Below, in pieces: positions 1-9,000 of a stretch of DNA of 25,123 bases. Positions within the stretch are counted from its first letter, which is position 1. Each line of letters opens with the position of its first letter. Made by a program: the position numbers and the translations under genes. Below the pieces are notes generated by a model. It ran no database searches. It saw only the letters and a list, made by a program, of their open reading frames with translations, and was not told the DNA's origin. Source of the DNA: a virus (taxonomy: Duplodnaviria > Heunggongvirae > Uroviricota > Caudoviricetes > Crassvirales). The stretch covers positions 78,504-103,626 of IMG/VR virus record IMGVR_UViG_3300031952_000007; one strand, 5' to 3'.

Positions 1-3000
1 AATGAATATAAATCTAATTTAATTCAGAAATGGAAAGATTCTCACAATGGGGAAGATCCAATTGGAAAAGATCTTGATAAAATAAATAGAGATACAGAAT
101 CAGTAGGTAAAGCATCATTCTTTGGAAACTTAGCTCTTCTTGGTATTACAGAATACGTACAATTGCCAAAACTTTTAGGATCAAATTATTCAGCTAGTAA
201 ACAAGCTGCAAATAGTCTTTTAGGAAAAGCTGATGATGTTCTATTAAAGGATGGTAAATATATTGCTAAAGAAGCTACAACTAGATTTGGTAAAGTATAT
301 GATAGGGCAAAAGGTATTGGTAAATATGCATTTAATCCAATGGAAGCTCTTCAAGAAGGTTTACAAACTACATTACAAGTTGGGGTGCAAAACTATTATA
401 ATAAAGCATACCAAACAGGAGATGCAGATGCATGGACTGATGGATTTTTACATGGGTTATATGGAGAAGATGAATCAGGAAAAGGTGTTGGTGTATTAAA
501 TTCTAAAGAAGGTGCTGAAAGTATTTTACTTGGTGGTATCACTGGAGGATTAATGTCAGCTAAAGGTAATTATCAAGAAGCAAAAGCTACTAAGAGTAAT
601 ACAAAACTTTTCTTAAATCAACTTAATGGTGCACCATCATTTAAACAAGCTTTCCAAGAAAGACTTGGTGCTGCAAATAGAAATATTGTTTTACAACAAC
701 AGCAGCAAGATGCTGTAATTCAAGGAGATAAATTAGAAGCAAAAGATCTTGATGCTGATATGATTTATAACTATCTAGCTCCTCGTATCAAATATGGTAG
801 ATTTGATATGGTGATGGAAGATATTAATGAATTAAAAAATGGAGGAATGACAGAACAAGGGCTTGCTGAATTAAAAGCACAAGGTCTTGCTAATGTTAAT
901 GACACTGTACAATCATATCAAGAAAGACTTATACAATTTGAGAATACAGCAAAAGATATTAGTCAATTATATAAATCTAACAATTTACGTTTCTCTGGAG
1001 AGATCCTTAGAGATGAACAAGGAGAACCTGTATTAGATGAGAAAGGTAACACCCAACGTAAATACTCTGCAGAAGTAATTGATAAAATGATTTATGCAGC
1101 AAGTAAAGTTGCTGATTATGATCGTCGTATTCCACAATTATCAGGTAACCTTTTAGCTAAAGGAATTGATGTACAAAGCGTTATTGATAGTGAATTAACT
1201 GATACAGCATCTACAGCACTTGGAGAACAACTGCAAGTGATTGATAATATGGATGATATCAATAAGGATGAGTTAAAACAAGAGCTAACTGATAGTGTTG
1301 AATTATCATTAAGAAGAAGACAATTCTTAAATGAATATTCTGATTTAAAAGGTAACCCTAAAAAATATACAACTTTTGATGATGGTGGTACAAAAGTAAA
1401 TGGTGATGGTAAGAAGTTTAGAACCACTCCTTCTGAACAACCAGAGAAAGGAAGTCCTAATTATTCTGCACAAAGTAGAATGCCATTCAAAGGAGATAAG
1501 AGAACATATGATGATCTTGTATCACAATATGGTGAGGGAGTACAAAATAAATATGATGTACTTCAAAAGATTATGAATTCTCCATATGCTACAACATTAG
1601 AGAAAGAACTAGCTGCTAAATTTTTAACATTTACAAACAGAGATGCTAAGATAGTTTTAGGGGATAGATCACTTCCAAACCCTGGAATTTCTACAACAGA
1701 TCTATCATCTCCTAATGCATCTGTTTCTCATATCAATTATGAATACAATGCTGATGATTATGAAGGGACAACACTTCCTTTAGAATATGTATTGTTACAT
1801 GAGATTGGACATGACCTTACAGTTTATGGACTTTCAGATAAATCAGATCCATTCTATAAAGAACTACAACCCTTGTTTGAATTTGTAAAAGATTATTTCA
1901 AAAATGATCCTAGCAAATATGATCCTAAAGGATTGTTAAAAGAAGGTGCAGAACACTATGCATTCAAGAACATTAAAGAATTTGCTACAGAGGCTTTATC
2001 AAATAGAGATTTCCAAAGGTATTTAAAAACTATTCCTTACAAGGGAACACAAAAAAGTGCATGGGATTCATTTGTAAGTAATTTAAAAACATTCTTTGGT
2101 AGGTTATTTGGTATTACACAAGACAGTGCATTAGAAGAAGCTGTTGCTATTATAACAAATAACGTAGATAGAATCTACAAGAATGAGGCTGCAGAAAATA
2201 AGAAGATAGATCAACAAGAAAGAGAAGCTAAAATTGCTGAAGAGAAACTTAGAAAGCTTGCTGAAGATTTAGAAAAACAACAAGCACAAATTGAAGGTAA
2301 CTCTGGTGATGTTGGTACAGGAGATAATCTTGTAGATGAGGCAGCTCTTCCTAAAGAAGATAAGAAGAAGGCAACAGATGAAATGTTCATTGCTGGTAAA
2401 ACAGAATCTGAAGATTGGAATGACCCTACTAAATCAGAACCACACGTCAAACGTTCTAGAGTATTTTTAAATAAAGTTAAAGAGTTTGCTAATAGAAAAA
2501 ATCTAAGAGCAATTCTTGTAACTCCTAATAATGAAAAAGCATTAGGACTTGATGGTCTTACAAAACTATCATATGGTAAAAATGATATGTCTGGAGCAAC
2601 AGATGTAAATAGAGGATTTGTTGCACAGGTATTTGTAGAATATGTAAATGGTAAGAGTTATTTTGTAAATGAAAAAGGTGAGCAGTTAGGAGAAGTTGGA
2701 ACACAAATTGATATTGATCAAGTGATCTTCCAAACAATGCCTACAACAGATATCACTGGTAAAGATCAAGATAAAAAAACTTATAATTTATTCAGAGCTG
2801 GTGAAGAATCTCAAGCAAAGTTAAAAGCTGCTGCTTGGTTAAAGTTTAGAGAAAAACTATTTGAAAATAAAGGAGCAACATTTACAGCCTATCCATTTAT
2901 TGTATCAAGAGGACTAGCTATTGAAAATCCTAAGATTAATGGTAAAAGTGAAACCAATCAAGTAGCAGGAGTATTAATTGATGCTAAGAATGAGGGTAGA

Positions 3001-6000
3001 ATCTTACGTACAAACCAAAACTTAATTCAAATCTCCACCACTGGAACTATAGAACACCAAGGAAAATTATTAAATGTTCCTAAGGGTAGACCTATGTTAC
3101 AGAACGGTGATACATTCCAATACATAAACAATAGAACTTTTACAAAGAAAGAAGCTCAAGCAATTTATGAAGTAATTAAAAGACTTGCAAAAACTGTTCA
3201 AGATACAGGAAAGATTGATACAACATATGCTGCGTTCTTACAAAATGTTTTATTCTATAGAGGTGGTAAGAGTGTTACAGGTAATCAAATAAGTGTAAGC
3301 ACAAAAGCAATGTCAATAATGCTGGGAGACAAATACTATCCTATCATTGATATTGAAAATCAAGAAGCTGCTATACTAGAACAACTATCAAAAACCTATC
3401 ATAATGTTAATAAGAAAACTATTGACACTAAACTTAATGAGAAGTTTTTAGAATTTTATATAAATGATAAAGGCGAGTTTACAGAAAATGAATGGGACAA
3501 TTACCAATCATATCTTCTTTCTTCCACCTATCCTAATGGTAGTAAGCGTTCTGCTGAGAACACTCCATTAACCACATCTGCTGCAGCTCCTACAACTGCA
3601 CTACCTTATTCATTTAAGCAGAAGTATGCTACACTACAAAATTTAGAATTAGCTGTACAATCGGTTCCTGTGGCCCCTGTAGCAGCTCCTGTAGCTCCTA
3701 CAGCACCAACTGTTCCAACTATTGGTGGATTTGTTGTTGATGGTAAAACAGAAAACACATTTAATTTTGAAAAACCTGCAGCTGACCCTATTGGTAATAT
3801 CCAATTTACAGCATCTGTAGATAAAGATGGTAATGTTGTTGCAGAAGCTATCAGTGGTGATAGAACCAAAGAGATTGCTAAAGATGCTGCAAGAATTCAA
3901 TTGTATGTAGATGCTCTAACAAATGCTGGACAATACGAGCAAGGAATGACAGCTGAAGAAACATTTTTAAAGTTCCTTTCATTAAATCTTTCTGCACGTT
4001 TACAAGAAACTAAAAAGAATGAAGTAGCTGTTCCAGTTCCTGTAACTCAAGAACCTGAAGCTCCCACTCCTACACAAGAAGCTCCTACAGGACCTGTAAA
4101 TCTATCTGGAATTTCAGAACCAAGTGATGATGGTAGAAGAGTGGCTAAGGGTGAGAAAGAAGGAATGACAGATGCTGAACTTCAATTATTTAAAAAATGG
4201 CATGCTGAGAATGCTTCTAACATTCCTTATGAAGTATTGGAACAACTTGTTACAATGCATGATGGAGAAAAAGCATGGGGTGTATTTGAAGATGGTGTAG
4301 CTAAGTTTGTAAGAGGTGGATTGAGAGGTACGGAATATCATGAGATATTTCATGCTATCTATCAAGGATTTCTTTCTAAAGAAGAAATAGCAGCTCTTGA
4401 AGATGAGTTTAAAGCTAAGTCTGGAACATTTACAGATAGAGCTTCTGGTAGAAAGATTGAATATGCTAAAGCTACAGCTAAACAAATTGAAGAAAGAATT
4501 GCTGATGATTTCTCTGACTTCAGACTTGGTAAACTTCCAGCTAGATCATTGGGTGAGAAGATTGCAAGATTCTTTAAGAACATTGTAAACTTTGTTAAAA
4601 GCTTTATAGGAAAGCCTTCATTAAAGGATGAGTTATTTAAAGCTATTGATGCTGGTAAATATAAGAATGCTGTCCTATCTACATCTATTAAAAGTCAAGC
4701 TCCTGCGTACAGAGCAGTTGAAGGATTATCAGAACAAGAAACTCATGACTTTATTCAAGACATGACAGCTAGGGCTGGTGTTATTATATTTAAAGAAAAT
4801 GATATCTCAGCTATATACAACACTGAGAAGTTCATGAAAGGTAATGTCTTTGGTAAGATTAAAGAAATGTATACTGGAGAAGGTAGAATGAATGCATTGG
4901 GTGAGAAGAGATGGGAAGAGTTAGTTAGTAGAACTAAAGATTCTCTACGTACACTAGGTATTACATTTGCTGAAGGTGACAAGGCTGCACTGAATGATAT
5001 TGAAACAAACAAGAATGATTATGCAGCTGATGCATTTTCTGTAGATTGGAAAAAGTCTGCATCATTTGCTATGAAGTTTTCTATGGCTACACTTCCTGCA
5101 ACAGAAGCTACCAATCAAGAGAATGAAGAAGAACTAACTGCTCCAAAAAGAAAGCTTAGTGATAGTGGTGTTAATGGCGTTACATTGTTAGGATATAGTA
5201 GAGCATTTGGAACATTAATTGATAAGCTTGCAAATACAACAAAAGTTAGTAAGGCTATTGAGAAATTAATTAAGCTTGCTGAAACAGATAGTAACTATGT
5301 AAGAATGTTCCAACGTTTGGGTGGAGATTTTACATCAAAGAAAATTAAAAAGACAATCAACTTTTCTAATTTCAAAAGAGACAATTGGAGATTCTTTATT
5401 GAGTTTATGCAAACCACCACTAAGCAAAAGCCTGATGTACATGTTCAATATGTATCAGGAAATGAAGTGTTCATGGGTTCAGCTAATATAAATAAACTTA
5501 CAGATAATATTAAGAAGGATTGGATTGAGAATATTAAACAACTATCTAAAGTTAAAGATAGTCTCATCTCATTTGATTATATTAAAGGTGTATATAAAGT
5601 TGGTAAGCTTGGTGAAATATCTGTAAAGACTCCACAAGAGCAAGTTGATTTCTTAAATAAATTAGGAATTAAATTTACAATGGATTCTTACAACAGATTA
5701 AAAACTGAAGGAGCAGTTAACCAACAGAAAGAGTTTGGTAATGCTGTAAGTGCTATTCGTGAGTTCCTTCCTAAGGTTGGAGCAATCATGACATTTAGAA
5801 ATAAAGTTTTAAACATAAGTGGACAACTTGATACAATAGCTCGTTTGTTTGTTGCTACAGAAAATCCTATACAAGATTCTACCTATCGTAACATTGAAGA
5901 CAAACAAGTTAATGCTTATACAGAAAACAATGTACCATCATTGTTTGAGAATGAGTTTAACGAGGCTAAGACAATAGAAGAACTTCGTGTAGAAAGACCA

Positions 6001-9000
6001 GAACTTAATGATTTATTTTCTAAGCATAGTATTGTTCTTTCAAAAGGAGGAATGTTTTATGATAAGGAAGGTAATAAATTTAGAGATTTTAAAGTGGGTG
6101 CTATACAAGGAACTCGTATAGAAGATACTGATAAGGCAACTGTTACTAGTAGGTTAACTAAGGGTGATAGATTTACACAAGAGATTAATGAAAACCTTAC
6201 AGGTAATTATTACATATTGATTCCAGCAGATAGTTCTACAGAATGGATGATGAATATTGGTAATAATATTCAATTCAAAGATGTAGAGAGTGGAAGAGCT
6301 TGGAAGAAAATTAGCACTATATTCAAAGGATATTTATTTGATGATGTTGCTTTAGCATTAGATGGAGCTAATAGAACAAAGTTGAAAAGCATCAGCAATG
6401 AAAAATCTAAAGAACTTCGTTTCTTTAAAGATATTCTTTCTGAAAAGACCCTATCTGCAATTAACGAAATGATTGCTAACGGTACTTCTCAAGAAACAAT
6501 TGAGAAATACATAAATGAAAACATTGCTGATATAGATGCTTCTGTTAAAGAATTTATAGATGGTATTGTTGCTGAGACTAGAAAGATATTAGTTGATAAC
6601 AAACAAATTGTTTTAAATAAGAAAGAAGGATTCTCCTATCCTAGACTACTTGATACATTTGCAAAAGATGTAGAAGTAAATCTAGATAAGAATAAAATGT
6701 CTGATGCAGATGTAAATAATCTATTGACATTTGCTAGAGTGAATTATGTTATTGCTAATATAGAATACCATAAAATTCTATTTGGTGATCCTTATCAATT
6801 TAAAGTTGGTAAAGATGGTTCATTGGATGAAACTAAACGTGTTAAATCATTTCTTTCTGGTAGAAGAACTACATTTGATAGTCCTGAATATAATGATTTC
6901 TTAAACGAAGATTATAATAAAGTTAGTGCTGAAGATGATGCTATTGTTTTAGAACCCACTGATCCTGGTTATCATACACATAAGGCTTATGTAAACACTT
7001 TAACTTCAAGTGATGTAAATGTTCAAGGGAAGCTATTAGGGAAGACTAATGAGGCTGATGCTGCTTCATGGATCATGGATGGTACATATAGAGAGGTGTT
7101 ACTTAAAAATCACCAATGGAGTAATGATGCTGAAGCTTGGCATCAATATCAAATGTCTTACATGAGACAAACTCTTTCTAAGAAGGGAGGATATAAATAT
7201 ACCAATCCTAAATTAGAAGCACACGATAGGGAAACTCTTTCTAAGAAAGAACCTAAGTATGTATTGAATATATTGAAACCAATTGCCACTGGTAATAAAT
7301 ATGGTAAGAACAACTTTGATCAAGTGTTAGATAAGTTTTCTCAAATGCCTGTATACTATAGCATGGTGGAAGGAACAAATCTTGAAGCTCTTTATTTGAA
7401 AATGATAAAGGAAGGATTTGGATATGCTATTATGGAGAGTGGTAGAAAAGAAGGTGCTGAAGAATTACATTCTTTATATAACAAAAATGGTTCATTCAAC
7501 CAAGATGCTTTTAATAATAAAGTTCAAGTTCCTTGGAAAGCATATGGTATTCAGGTTGAAACTGCATATGAAGAAGGTAAAGAACAAACAAGGGGTTCTC
7601 AGGTCACTAAGGTGGGTAGTATGGATCTTTTTGATAATGGTGTAGCTAGTCCTGAAGCAGAAGAAGAGTACACTCGTAACACTGAGCTATTGGATAAATT
7701 ACATGCCAATGGTTATAAAACATTATTGAAGAGATTAGGAGTTGAAGATCTTGGAAATGCATTTAATATAGTTGACAGAGCTGCACTTGCCAAGACTTTA
7801 AAAACTGAAATGTTCAGAAGAGAACTTTCTGATAACATTAAAGATAGTATTCAGCTTGATGAGAATGGAGAATTTATTGTTCCATTTGAAGCATCCCCTG
7901 CTTACATACAGATAAAGAATATTCTATATTCAATAGTAGATAAATCTATTAGTTCTCCTCAAATGAGTGGTGGTGGTTATGTACAAGCTCCTGTAACAAT
8001 GTGGGAGAATGCAAAAGAAGGTAGGAAGATAGCTATTAAAACTGCAGAAGGATATAAAGAAATATCTAAAGCAGAGTTTGAAAATCTTACTGAAGAAGAA
8101 AAAGCAAAGGTTGTATTAACAGATGACACTCTTAAGTTCTACACTAAAGAAGAACCTTGGTGTGAAATCATGTTACCTCATTGGTTTAAAGATAAGATTA
8201 ATAAGAACAGATTTAAAACTGATGCAGAACTTATCAAATGGTTAAACAGTAGTGAGGAAGGTAAAAAGATTTTATCTGGAATTGGTTTCCGTATTCCTAC
8301 ACAGTCTCTTTCTTCTGCAGAAGTGTTCAAGGTGAAAGGATTTCTTCCTCAGGCTATGGGTAAAACTGTTATTGTTCCTTCTGAAATTACTAGTAAGGCT
8401 GGATCGGATTTTGATATTGATAAATTGAATCTCTACCTTAAATCAATATATATTGATAAGAATGGTGATATTCGTTTAGTTAATTATAAAGGATCAGAAG
8501 AATCTACAAGAGAGTTCTACAGTAGAGTATTTGATGAGAAGTTAGAAAAGAAAAAGATCACTAAAGCTGAAATGTTAGAAGCTGCACAGATTTTATCTTT
8601 TGATTTAGAAGATCCTAATAACTTAGTTGACAGATATTCTTGGTTATTAGATACTTTTGATACAGATAATATAGATGAGAATGTAAATACAATAATGGAA
8701 GAATTAGAGCAACTTGGTGATGTTAATTATCAAGCAGCTCTAAAAGAAAAGTTTGTAGATGATATGTACAGACGTTCATTAGAGAATGAATATTACGATT
8801 CTTTAAGCAAACTTATTTCTCTTCCTGAAAACTTTGAAAGACTTATTTCTCCAGTGGATGATGCAGGATTGAAAGGTCTTTCTGATAAATTAGATGAGTT
8901 GACAGGTAATGATGAGAGTCTTATTAAGAATAGGATTCTTAATCCAAACTACATGACTTCTCTTAGACATGCATTTGTAACTGCTAAGAAGTGGGTGGGT

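Noticed and set aside
163-165. TTG at 163 as the start of the giant ORF
   Set aside because: The frame is open and protein-like from base 1, so the gene begins upstream of the window.
8401-8427. Cellular RpoC (NADFDGD) annotation
   Set aside because: The motif is GSDFDIDK inside a phage polyprotein with no RpoB/RpoC-like context; it matches crAss-type virion RNAP instead.
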